Shown piece by piece: positions 30,551 through 40,700 of a stretch of 64,000 nt of DNA (positions are counted from its first letter, which is position 1; each line of letters begins with the position of its first letter). This DNA comes from Trypanosoma brucei (taxonomy: Eukaryota). The stretch lies in assembly GCA_000002445.1 (NCBI GenBank), contig CH464491.1, positions 672,001 through 736,000 of the forward strand, written 5' to 3'. The notes beneath the pieces were generated by a model that searched no databases, had not been told where the DNA came from, and worked only from the letters and a program-made list of their open reading frames with translations. The position numbers and the translations under genes were made by a program.

Positions 30551-31480
30551 TCAACTTTGAAACTTCCCTGGTGAAGGTCCAGTCATTTCCCTTTCCTGTT
30601 CAATCGGATGAATGGCGCTATGATAACCTGTTCCGGTACCCGTGATGGCAGCGGAGCCGGAAGGTACACACATTGAGCGCTGCAATGATAGCATGGAATT
30701 CAGAATATGTTGTTGCGGAATGTAACCGGGAGGCAGCGGTTGAGCAACAGAAGACGCAGCAAACATGGAAAATGGTTCACTCGGACTGTAGTTTTGTTGT
30801 GTATTGTTCAGGTTGTTGCCGGAATACATCTGAAGTGCACCACTGCTCTGCATTGGGTAGTTTGGCGGTATGCTCCCAATTGTCAGTGGGGGCGTCAAGG
30901 CGTACGATTGAGACGGAACCATTGCTGTTGGTTGCAGATGATCGTGCACTTGCTGCTGTTGTTGTTGTTGTTGCTGTTGCGTGTTGTTGTTGCTACCAAC
31001 ATATGTTTCGTCAGGTCTCCGATTATCCCCGGTGTCGTTACTCCCACTCCTCCGCCCTCCCATGAACTGACGCATGATACACATATTACAACAACCAGCA
31101 AGGAGGAAAAAGACAAGTGCTAATCCCACGAGTCCGAACAGCGGGTTGCGAACGATCTTAGCTAACGAGAAACCCAAGTAGCCGGAGGAATCGGTGTCGG
31201 TTGAGTTATCTTTTATTACTGATACGTTGCACCAAATGTACCGCGGGTTCAGTACGTCCTGCTGAACAGAAGTAATCCAGTCTTCATCGCACACGCATGT
31301 TTTATTTTCTTCAAACCACTCCCCATGCATGCATATATTCACAGTGTTTTTGAGGTACGGAGGCAGTTCAACACTTTTATTTGGGAGGGCAGCATATGAT
31401 GGCAAAGTACTGTCTTCCATTAATGACAGCAAAAGTAACACCCAGGACAGAAAACGCACTTCCGCCAGCATCGATAACAT
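30551..31480 (-). CDS. Hypothetical type-I membrane protein, 309 aa. It has a signal peptide, a Cys-containing ectodomain with several N-x-S/T sites, one TM helix and a cytoplasmic tail carrying a Q10 tract.
   Basis: N-terminal MLSMLAEVRFLSWVLLLLSLM. TM helix LFGLVGLALVFFLLAGCC. The polyQ tract is encoded by a (CAA/CAG) repeat (TTG/CTG on the plus strand) at about 30936-30972. Confidence 0.6.
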   Translation of the reverse strand: MLSMLAEVRFLSWVLLLLSLMEDSTLPSYAALPNKSVELPPYLKNTVNICMHGEWFEENKTCVCDEDWITSVQQDVLNPRYIWCNVSVIKDNSTDTDSSGYLGFSLAKIVRNPLFGLVGLALVFFLLAGCCNMCIMRQFMGGRRSGSNDTGDNRRPDETYVGSNNNTQQQQQQQQQQVHDHLQPTAMVPSQSYALTPPLTIGSIPPNYPMQSSGALQMYSGNNLNNTQQNYSPSEPFSMFAASSVAQPLPPGYIPQQHILNSMLSLQRSMCVPSGSAAITGTGTGYHSAIHPIEQEREMTGPSPGKFQS

Positions 31481-31959
31481 TTTTTCTTTCTTTGTTCCCT
31501 TCGTTTTTCTTTTTTACCTTCTCGTGATCCTACAAGCAAATACGACCAAAATAAGATTCGAAATGACGTCAGAACAAATGACGTGCATGCCCAGACGAAA
31601 GAGCATAAACACACGTATAAATAAATATATATTTATTTAAGTACAAGCGATATCAAATTGCAACAATCAAACACAGGAATTTTAAACAAAGTGGCGATAC
31701 CACAGATCCCAATTGATGTAACTGCCCTGTACCCACGTGCGCCGCTTAATGCGTATGCTTAACGATAGTAACAATATTAATCGTCATCACAATAATGAGA
31801 CTATATATTTTGATGATTTCTTCTATTATTTTCTTTTGTTGCATACACACACTCGTATTACATTTTTGAACAAGCCACTCAACAGCCGCGTCACCGTTTT
31901 CGCATAATTGAACAACGCATTTCTTCCTTTCCTTTTTCATTATTATTGTCATTGTTGCT

Positions 31960-32012
31960 GTTTTTTTTTTTTTCGTGCGTGTGTGTGCAGGTTGGGTGTG
32001 GGGGGGGGGGGG
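31960..32012. repeat. Homopolymer cluster: T14 (about 31960-31973) and G13 (32000-32012). A C13 run lies at 30443-30455 in the neighbouring spacer.
   Basis: Seen directly: tgtttttttttttttcgtg ... gtgtggggggggggggaag. Confidence 0.85.
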
Positions 32013-32156
32013 AAGAGAAGGGGAATGGAAAAAAACAAGCGTGAAAAAGTGACCGCACAAACATGCAGACATGAGTAAACAAACAAACAAACAAACAAAT
32101 AAATAGATTTATATTCATATGCATATTCATTCCACTTGATGTACTTATGTAAGTGC

Positions 32157-32438
32157 TCAGTCGCTGCCGGTGTTGTCGTCATATGTATACGGTGATGTTT
32201 CCAAAAACTTTGGTACATTTGCCAGTGGCGTATCCATGCCAAGAGCCGATTTTGGATTTGCCTGAAACCATTGTCCCTTCATGGGTTCCTCAATTACAAC
32301 ATAACGGAAGCAATCGCGACCTCCATAACTCCACATAAATAACTTATATGTTCCCACAATACCAACTATAGTGGAAATGGGCCAAATCATACAAACGGCA
32401 TAAATCTCAAAGCGCCGCATCCAACGAGGCACGGCCAT
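32157..32438 (-). CDS. Candidate small 93-aa single-pass membrane protein, possibly a small subunit of a mitochondrial or membrane complex. Uncertain.
   Basis: It is the only non-low-complexity ORF in the 2-kb spacer between the 309-aa gene and the aminopeptidase. One clear TM helix (VCMIWPISTIVGIVGTYKLFMWSY). Same strand as the polycistron. Purine-rich (on plus) tracts lie upstream in the transcription sense. Confidence 0.4.
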   Translation of the reverse strand: MAVPRWMRRFEIYAVCMIWPISTIVGIVGTYKLFMWSYGGRDCFRYVVIEEPMKGQWFQANPKSALGMDTPLANVPKFLETSPYTYDDNTGSD

Positions 32439-33547
32439 TTATTACTAAACTAAACCACATTCCGATGGAAATGATGCGGGGTGTAGACGGAGAGGGGAAA
32501 GGAGGTATGTGTGCGTGTGTGGAGGAGGAGGGACAAAAATAATTATTTTAAGGCGTTCAACAACAAATAAAAGTAGGAGAGCTCATTGATAATTATTCAT
32601 GGAAAAATAAAATCATACAATATTAAACAATAAACAACACCTACAAGCGAAGCAACATGTTTAAAAACATAATGCACAGCAACGAGGTACAAAAGGCATT
32701 TCTTTTTTTTTTTTGCGGTGACATGTTAGTTTCGTTTCCTCCTGAGAGAAAAAGAGACTGCAGGTGAAAAAAAAAAATTGAAAACATAAAAATGAAAAAG
32801 AAAAAGGTTTGACACCACACCGATACAAAAAAAAAAGGAAGGGCGATTTGGTATGCTATAAAACCGATAGTGCAGGGCTGTTAATTGAAGCGAAGAGCCA
32901 CTTGATACTTATTTTGTGAGAAGTTTTTTTTTTTTTACCTCTCTTGGACTTTAATTGCCCGTGTATGTATGATATGTCATCGGATCCGGAAGAAGAGAGA
33001 AAAAAAATCAAGGAAATAACCTGGTACACTCCTCACTTATGAGAATGTTCCTCCTTTTTTTCTTCTTTTCTAACCCCGATGTTGTCACTTTATTACTATT
33101 ATCATTATTATTATTATTGTAACGGTTGACTAACCTTCAGTCCGCAAAACTCTCCCCTTTCACGCTCATAAAGATATCTGTCGGTTTACAACATTCGATA
33201 GTAAATTTGAAACGTTTTCGCATTCTTAGCGTTATGCGAAAGTAATAAACACCATACCATATATATATATATATATAATTTTACACCATCACGCACATCA
33301 TAAACTTACTTCTCCCTCCTCCCCTTCACACACCAATAGGCGTGGCTGTTGGTGCACATTTTCTTTACGATTATATGTCTTTCATTCCATCAGCACCACA
33401 CCTTTTTTTTTTCGTGTTGACGTCCACACAGGCCCCTGCTGCACACCACATGACTCATCTTCATTCTTACGTATGTAATCAATTTGCATGTAAATGCATG
33501 TGCGTGGTTACAAAAAAACACACTCTCACACTCCTATTTGTGGTGCA

Positions 33548-35245
33548 TTATGCTGTCCCAAAGAGTGAGGCTGCAAAGGTTTGTAGGAGTAATGTTACAC
33601 CGAAACCTGTGGCGTCACCGCGGGTAGCAGGTGCTGCGAGGTCGACGTGTGCCCAATCCCCCTTGTATTTGCTGTCTATGTGACTCCCAACAAAGTAACC
33701 GGCGCAGCTAACTTGTGCATTCGAGCGATTCAGCACGGAGTTACGGCTGTCTGCTACACTGCTTCTGAACTCGGGGCACTGGAATTCTGGACAGAAAACA
33801 ACAGGGAAACAGAGGTCACCGCAGCGGCGTCCCGCCTGAAGGACGCGGTTTTCAATTTCCTCACTACTGGCATATAATGCGGCATGATAGCGGCCAGTGG
33901 CAATACCCTGAGCTCCCGTAAGCGTCGCCATGTCCACAATAACATCAGGTGTATAAGGCAGAAGAGCCGAGGCGTGGTAAACTCCATCGCCAAGTACCAG
34001 TCGACCTTCAGCATCTGTGTTATTGATCTCCACAGTTTTCCCTGATCTCATCCGCACAATATCGTCATTGCGCTGAGAGCGGGGTCCAACAGCATTGTCA
34101 GCAAGGCACAGAATGGACGAAATACGGTGAGGGACGCCGATCATTGCAAGTCCAATAAACCCACAAAAGACAGCAGCCGCACCGCCCATATCGTGCTTCA
34201 TCCCACACATGCCCGTCGTGGGTTTAATGGAGAGACCGCCAGTGTCGTATACAATACCCTTTCCAACAAAGGCCAATTTTTCTTGGGGATTTATGCCGCT
34301 GCCCCCGGCCGCATTGGGCTCGTAGGACAACGTTACCAAGTGCGGTGGATATTCCGCTGCCTTTCCAACACCATAAATTCCACCATATCCTTTTTCCCGC
34401 AGATCCTCTCCACTGATGATGTCAATGGAAACGTTGCGCTTCAACTTATTTTTCAGTTTAGCGATGTGTCCAGCAGCGATCTCCGTGAAAGTCGTTGTGT
34501 CCAGTAGGTTGCAAGGAGAATCAACCAAGCGTTGACAAAGCTGAATGGAGAGAGCTGCCGCATCGAGGTATTCCCGCTTTCCACATGCAAAAGTGTCACT
34601 TGCCTCGCTGAGGCTCTGCTTTCGCGTGTCTGGGGCAAACACGACTCGGACAGGAATGCCACGATTCCAGTACGACTTCTCAGCGTAACCATTCTTTGCA
34701 GAAAAACTTTGATTGGCGCCACGCGCAACGGCAGCCGCCACGCAAAGCACGTTTTCGGCTTCGCAACAGTAAATATCGAGCGCACCTGAGGCTGCTGTGA
34801 CACCCTTTACTTTCTTGGCATATGCCACGGCTTCCTCCACAATGTTGGTGATGGAGTCGGGCCGAAGAGGACAGTTATGGCGGGAGAAGGCTCCTGCTAT
34901 GACTCCAAGTGTAATACGTAACTCGTGGTTAGTGCCACACCGGTAGCCATCACTCCTGAAGCTTGCCTCGTCGATTTCGTCGATTAGTTGATCTAGCTCA
35001 GGTTTGTGGTACGGGAATAACTGGCTGAGTCCTTTACTTTTCAGCTGCTGGCGAGTTCCAAGAAGAAGAATAGTGTGGGGTTGAGGTGCGCTGTTGGAGG
35101 TGAGAACTTTGGCCATATGCTTTCCTTCAGTTGTGGTGTGAAACGTTACATTTGGCACAAAGTTAACGCAACTGTCAACAAAGCTCGACAAGTTGCTTTC
35201 CTCATAAACCGAGTTGCTGCGTTGCCGCTTGAGGGTTGCAGGCAT
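33548..35245 (-). CDS. M17 leucyl/cytosol aminopeptidase, 565 aa.
   Basis: Carries the M17 signature NTDAEGRLVLGD, VGKGIVYDTGGLSIKP (metal/substrate site) and MKHDMGGAAAV. The N-terminal domain is of typical length. Confidence 0.85.
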   Translation of the reverse strand: MPATLKRQRSNSVYEESNLSSFVDSCVNFVPNVTFHTTTEGKHMAKVLTSNSAPQPHTILLLGTRQQLKSKGLSQLFPYHKPELDQLIDEIDEASFRSDGYRCGTNHELRITLGVIAGAFSRHNCPLRPDSITNIVEEAVAYAKKVKGVTAASGALDIYCCEAENVLCVAAAVARGANQSFSAKNGYAEKSYWNRGIPVRVVFAPDTRKQSLSEASDTFACGKREYLDAAALSIQLCQRLVDSPCNLLDTTTFTEIAAGHIAKLKNKLKRNVSIDIISGEDLREKGYGGIYGVGKAAEYPPHLVTLSYEPNAAGGSGINPQEKLAFVGKGIVYDTGGLSIKPTTGMCGMKHDMGGAAAVFCGFIGLAMIGVPHRISSILCLADNAVGPRSQRNDDIVRMRSGKTVEINNTDAEGRLVLGDGVYHASALLPYTPDVIVDMATLTGAQGIATGRYHAALYASSEEIENRVLQAGRRCGDLCFPVVFCPEFQCPEFRSSVADSRNSVLNRSNAQVSCAGYFVGSHIDSKYKGDWAHVDLAAPATRGDATGFGVTLLLQTFAASLFGTA

Positions 35246-36471
35246 AATCAGCTGATATTTACCAGTTTTCTTCGTGTGTCTGTGTGTGTGTCTGTTCGTA
35301 TTTGTGTCTCAGTGTAATTCACTGCCTTCACTCCTTCCTCTTTTTTGTCGTACAAGTGTACCTACTCTTCGCGATGCACCCGACAAAGCAAAGTAAACGC
35401 CTTTTCTATATTGTTTCTTTAAGTCTTTCTTGTTTGATTTCTTTGGGGTGATCCTCGTTATTTGGTAGGCGTTATTATTTTAGATTATTTCTCTTTAGCG
35501 GCACAACGCGAAGTTCTAAAGAAGTAAATTATAAAAAAACCAACAAAATAAATTAAAAAGAGAAGGAAAATGAGCAAAGGGTAAATGAAACAATGAATGG
35601 TAGTTATAATAAAATAGCAGCAACATCAATAATAGAGGTATTCGTTGTAAACACCATCAACAAAAAGATGAATAACAAGCACATTGAAAAAACAGGATGA
35701 AGATGTAGCCTGTGTGTCCCTTTTTTTTTCTCTTTCAAATGAGACAAAGCATCTCACTACGGCAAACGCAATGACAAAGGAAGAGAAAAGGAGAGCGAAG
35801 GGGAGTTCAACGACAAGATAAACAAAAAAATTATTTGTTACTTTTCGTCTCTTCGTCTGCTTGTCCTTCTTTAAATACAGCACTTCAAAACCACTCCCTG
35901 ACAGATAGGAAGAAAGCAAAAGAAGATAAATTTATGACGACAATTTACGCCACTACACCAGCACAAAGCACATAAAGCACACAAACAAACAAACGAGTTG
36001 ACGCTGCTATCAAATTCCCCCAACGAGACAAAGAAAACATTCACTAGTATCAGCACGCAAACGTGTTAACCCATATATAAATATACAATAACACATATTA
36101 ATGTAAATATAAATGCATATATGTGTATATATACTTTTACATGGGTTTTTTTTCTCTTTCCCATAATTTGTGGTTTGTACCAGAGTCGTTGAAAGGATAT
36201 ATCAAACAAGTAAAAGGAGAGAAAAAAAACAAGTACAAATCATGTAAAGCATCCTTTCACAGCAGGTCAGTAAAATCTTGCGCGTTAGAGAACATAGCAA
36301 ACCACATACCATCATACACGAGAAGCACACCTCACGCGAATTTTGAGGTCCCGATGTATTAGCACCAGAAGCAACGACCATAACAATTATAACAATCATT
36401 ATCGAAGGAGAAAATCAAATAAAAGGGAAGGAACTACTGAAAAATACACAATTGGCGGTGCCGACAAGCAA

Positions 36472-36472
36472 T

Positions 36473-36514
<42 letters not shown>
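36472..36514. repeat. (AC)7(AT)14 compound microsatellite.
   Basis: Seen directly: acacacacacacacatatatatatatatatatatatatatat. Confidence 0.9.
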
Positions 36515-36517
<3 letters not shown>

Positions 36518-37086
36518 GATTTATGAAAACGTTGCGAGCTCGTTTACTGCTGTTGTTAATATGGCTATAACCATTATTTCATCTTCTTTCTTTTCCTTCC
36601 TTCTTCTCGGTTTACGTACTTCATTCGTCAGCATCATTTTCCCCTCTGCACCCATCACTTTCGGGAGAGGTAAGGGAGAAGCGTGAAACGGTAAGTGGAA
36701 ACAACAGCATAACCTCGTCAGCAAAGTCCGCCGGCCGGCAACATTAAAAAATGAAAAAAAAAGGAGAATGAGCAACCGAAGAAGAGACCTAGTAGAAAAA
36801 TTAAGAAAAAGTGCAGGTACGAGTGTATAGAAAACACATGTGCGTTTCGTCTGCTCCGCAGTGCTATCCACCATCAGCAAATAGTTGCAATTCAAACAAA
36901 AAACAAAAGGAAACAAAAGTAGCGACCGCTTGCAGAGGGGTGCAATGGAGGAAGAGAAAGGGAAAAGAGAGAACAATGGAAGAAGGTGCAGTAAAATTCT
37001 TTTCTTTCCGGGAACTTCATATCCCACAACTTCACAGTCACACATATTCCCAACGCGGACTTTGCACGAATGAGCCCCACACATAA

Positions 37087-37108
37087 GTATATATATATAT
37101 ATATATAT
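37087..37108. repeat. (TA)11 microsatellite.
   Basis: Seen directly. Confidence 0.9.
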
Positions 37109-37700
37109 TTACACACATAATTTTAATCAATTCAGTGCGACTCCCTTTCGTCAAATTCCATTAACGTGCGTTCTCTTCCTCCCCCCCCTCTCCCTCCTAC
37201 CGTTGCTGCAAAACGGTTTATGGTAGAAGCTTTACACGTAAAAGAACACAACCTAAGTGCTCTTGTACGCGCATGCTTCATCCAGCAACAAGTTAGAGAG
37301 GCTCCCTCCGTGGTTTGCACACAAATAGGACCTTAGAGAGAAAAGAAAAGAGAAACAAAGTGTCTACTGCAAACAAAGCACGAGCAATGCGGCAAGGGAG
37401 TAGGAATCAAGGCGGACACTTCCATCTGTGTGGTGAACACTTCGAAAAATGGAGGATAAAAACACAGGAAGCTCAACGTGCAACTAAACCACATTATGCG
37501 AGGTGGGGAGAGACGCCGCGTTTACAACGAGTAACATCCTACTAACATTTATGACTACAAAGCGGATGTGAACCAGCTTCCCACTTACTGTTCCCCTCTC
37601 CCTCAACTTCATTCATATACAAACACGTGTATGCCCTTATTTATTTATATATGTACGTACAAGCAAGCTCGCATGTTGAATTGCATCATCACTATACAAA

Positions 37701-40700
37701 CTACGTCTGTGCAAGCACGTCAACAAGGCGGTCCAAGGCACAGCACTCACCCGAATGGTCCCCGCAGCTTCGAGCCTCTTTCATTGCCTGCAGTGCCGTC
37801 TTCAACTCATTCAAAGCGTTATCAGTCAACAACGAATCTGAGCACACACGTCGGAGGGCTGCCTCAACGTCAATCGGCTCCGTATGGTTTCGCACGAAGG
37901 GAATAACAACATCATTCAGTTCGTCCTCCTCGTCGCTATTACCACTACCATTTTTCACACCTGCTCTCGAGCCACCTTGACGACTTCTTTCGATCTCCAT
38001 AGTGCCACCGGCTCTGCCTTTCATGGATAGCCTCGGTGTGGTGCCGCGTGGTGTCATGAGTGCTGTGGCTTCACGCTGCTTTATTTTCTCTAAGGAGTTG
38101 ACATTCTCGTCCACATGTCTCCAGTAAGTCAAATCACCGTGCACTTCTTCGGCCTTCTCTCCATCCTCCAGCGCCCGCCGCAAGCAGAGGATACTCTCCT
38201 GGCACGTTACACCGGGGCTTTCATACAATATGTTCCGTATGACATGACGAAGTCCATCGTAGAACTCGTCACTGTTCTCCATGTCGTGAAATGTAACAAA
38301 GAGAGAGCGTTGCACCATGCGCAGCAGTGCACGGCTCCCGGGTGAGCTTATCACCCACATGGTGTTTTCCCAGAACTGACTGCTGCCTACGACATATACA
38401 CTGTTGGTCGCGACCACAGACGGTTCAGTGCCCTTTGTATTGTTACTGCTACCATTGACATTACTGCCTACGCGGTTTCCACCCTTGCCGTCGTCTTGTG
38501 AATTCGGGTTCCACACCAGATCTTCCAACTTGACGCAGCGGGCCGTGGCGGGCCCGAGGTAAACTTTCTTGGCACAGTGCGCCACACGACTCACAATGCG
38601 CGAGAAAAAGTTGTGCGGCACCATGTTCAATGTAAAGCGGTAAAAAGGACCATGTAAAAACGATGGCACGTGCATGCAGAACGAAGAGGGAGTGGGATTC
38701 ATGAAGCACGAGGGTATGAGCACAAAATGCTCTGACTCGGGACCACCTGAGGGACCCGCAGATTTTTTCCGTCCAAGCCCGGATCCAACTTCCCTCATGT
38801 CTTTCCCAGCATTCGTCGGCGACGACTGTACGCTTGTGTTTTCATCGTTGAAAAAAGAGTACTGAAGTCGACTACCCATAATGATAAAGTCATAACTGCG
38901 CAACAACTCCAGCAACCCACCTAGTTGTGCGAAACCATATCCCTTTTCCTTTAGTACTCCATCGAATAGAGCTAACGCTGTCCTCATTGTCAAAACACCC
39001 TGAAGCAAGGCTCCACATACATCTTCAATTAGAACAGCATCCACATCGAATGGAAGGGATTTTCTCATGCTTTGCATAACCTCTCGGCACAGGACGAGTG
39101 GCACGGAGCGGAGAGACGAGTCATTTCCAGGGAGTTTGGGTGTCACAGTAGAGCAGCATGACAAGGTAGCCACGACGCGAAAAACCCACGGTGTGTCCAC
39201 AATTACATACTTCCTCATGGCACGGTGCCTGTAGTGGTGATGCAACACACCCCAACTCATTAAAAGTTGAATATGTCGATGGAGGTCGTCCAAATTGTCA
39301 CTGTAGCGGTTATCCAATGCATTGGCAACTGATTTAAACTCTCCAAAGGCTACACACCACTTCCCTTCACGGTTTATTTCTTTCGTTCGCTTCCCAAGGG
39401 ATAGCAGCAACTTTGGAACCTGAGCATTTGGAAAGTCAGCATCATTGCGGCAGCGCCGAATAGCTTGATCCCCAAACCAGGAAAGCAAATCAGGGAATTT
39501 CCTCAACCGCTCAAACATTGGTGCAAAAACAGTGCGGTTAACATTATCCACAGCGAAGCACCCAGCGATGGAGGGCCGCATGTCTCCAACAACTTGCAGC
39601 GTACGAAAGTAATTGTTCACTTGCATCTCAAGTTCGGAGAAATGTTGAGCTAACTTACTGCTCTTAAGCGGGGAGCGGTCGAGGTAAGTTCCAACCAACA
39701 CCACAGAAGTGTCTCGGGTGGTGGTGTGTGAAAGAATAAACTCCAAAAAGGGCAGAAGGCCTTCGAACGGGACGCTCTGAAGAAGTGAAAAGCATAACAC
39801 ATAAGTTGCACGGCGCGTTGGCAGAAGCCCCTGGAGAAGAGAAAAGCAACCAGTCCCCCCTAATTCCATCACATTCATCTCCACAGACGGATACTCCCCT
39901 GTGCTTGAAATCGTTGTTGACTCTACTCCAAAGGAGGGTCGCAAGTTCTTTTGATCACTAGTGAAGATCGAGTACCATTTGTCCTGTTTGTGCAAGTTTT
40001 CGCGGAAAGAAGTTTTCCCGCAGCTGCCGCAACCGAGCACAAGGAAGGTGTGACGATAAATAACATTGTATTCGTCGTCTCTGAGTTTTAACCTCCTTGC
40101 CGTCTTCACTGCACGAATTCGCTCCATACCTTCGCCAGCACCAATACGACTTCTCCCTACTCCCTTTGCAGTCCTTGGTAAACGAACTGACGTGGGTCGG
40201 ACGTCGGCCGCCACTGGGTCTTTGTGAGTTGGCGGGCGATAGGTGTTTGTTTGGGCCTGGTGTTGCAGAACATCTTTCAGCTGCAATGCTGGAACAAAAG
40301 GGGAAACACCACTACCCGCAGTAATGGGGGGAACAACAGGTACTGCACTACCACCATTACCAGTATTAGCGGCACTAGACGCGATGCCTCCTCTCGGACT
40401 GTTAGTGGCGGCAACGGTAGTGATACCAACACCCACACTTTGTGTTGGTGCAGGGATTCTCAAGCTAGGTACGGAGCTTTCGGAGATGCTTTTAAAACGA
40501 GGTGAGAGTATTGTACCCTCCGCCGAGCGCATAGGACGACGCCGCGCAGTCATCGACGGCGCTGTGGGGTCTGTGAACTTGAACTGCAGAAATTCATCTC
40601 CAATGCACACCACGGTACCACTCATTAACGGGACGTCCCTCGATATTGGTTCCTGTTCGTCATTAATGTACGTGAGGTTGCCCTCCAGAGGTCGAAGTAA

